Shown here piece after piece: positions 24,593-24,645 of a stretch of 24,645 nucleotides of DNA. The notes below the pieces were generated by a model that saw only the letters and a program-made list of their open reading frames with translations, was not told the DNA's origin and did no database searches. This DNA is from a virus. Taxonomy: Duplodnaviria; Caudoviricetes. The DNA is taken from positions 1 through 24,645 of the IMG/VR virus record IMGVR_UViG_3300028557_000185; one strand, given 5' to 3'. Every line of letters starts with the position of its first letter. The first letter of the stretch is position 1. Made by a program: the position numbers and the translations under genes.

Positions 24593-24645
24593 TTTGATTC
24601 TCCGTCTTCAAGAATTCCCGCACATATTGTTCGGGAGTAATGTTC
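24585..24645 (-). CDS. 3' end of a probable scaffolding-like protein
   Basis: Open frame NITPEQYVREFLKTENQNG* entering from the window edge. The T-PEQY ending and position fit a scaffold C-terminus. Confidence 0.5.
   Translation of the reverse strand, partial: NITPEQYVREFLKTENQNG

Noticed and set aside
1-24645. Second VR, CRISPR array, tRNA/rRNA, integrase or att site
   Set aside because: None seen by eye. Repeats other than TR/VR are coding repeats. Remote VRs outside the window cannot be excluded, and lifestyle cannot be determined here.

Overview
Structural and lysis region of a tailed dsDNA phage or prophage with a Gram-negative host (it carries embedded Rz/Rz1 spanins). It looks podovirus-like: no sheath or tape-measure gene is visible, and putative ejection genes lie at the left end. 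Almost every gene is on the minus strand and tightly coupled. In transcription order (right to left): scaffold end, capsid-associated genes, Mu gpT-like major capsid protein, terminator, sigma70-type promoter and pseudoknotted RNA leader, a cluster of small basic proteins with an HNH endonuclease, head-tail adaptor-like genes, tail fibre, a complete diversity-generating retroelement (DGR), a hypothetical gene, sulfotransferase, APS-kinase-like gene, SAR endolysin, spanins, an antisense GIY-YIG endonuclease, tail nozzle-like gene, and Gly/Gln-rich internal virion proteins with a GNAT-like gene. The DGR is the best-supported feature: TR 11813-11939 and VR 12465-12591 align without gaps over 127 bp, with 20 mismatches that all fall at TR adenines. 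The most unusual arrangement is that the DGR runs, through overlapping start/stop codons, into a putative sulfation module. Protein family calls come from motif recognition by eye, not database searches.
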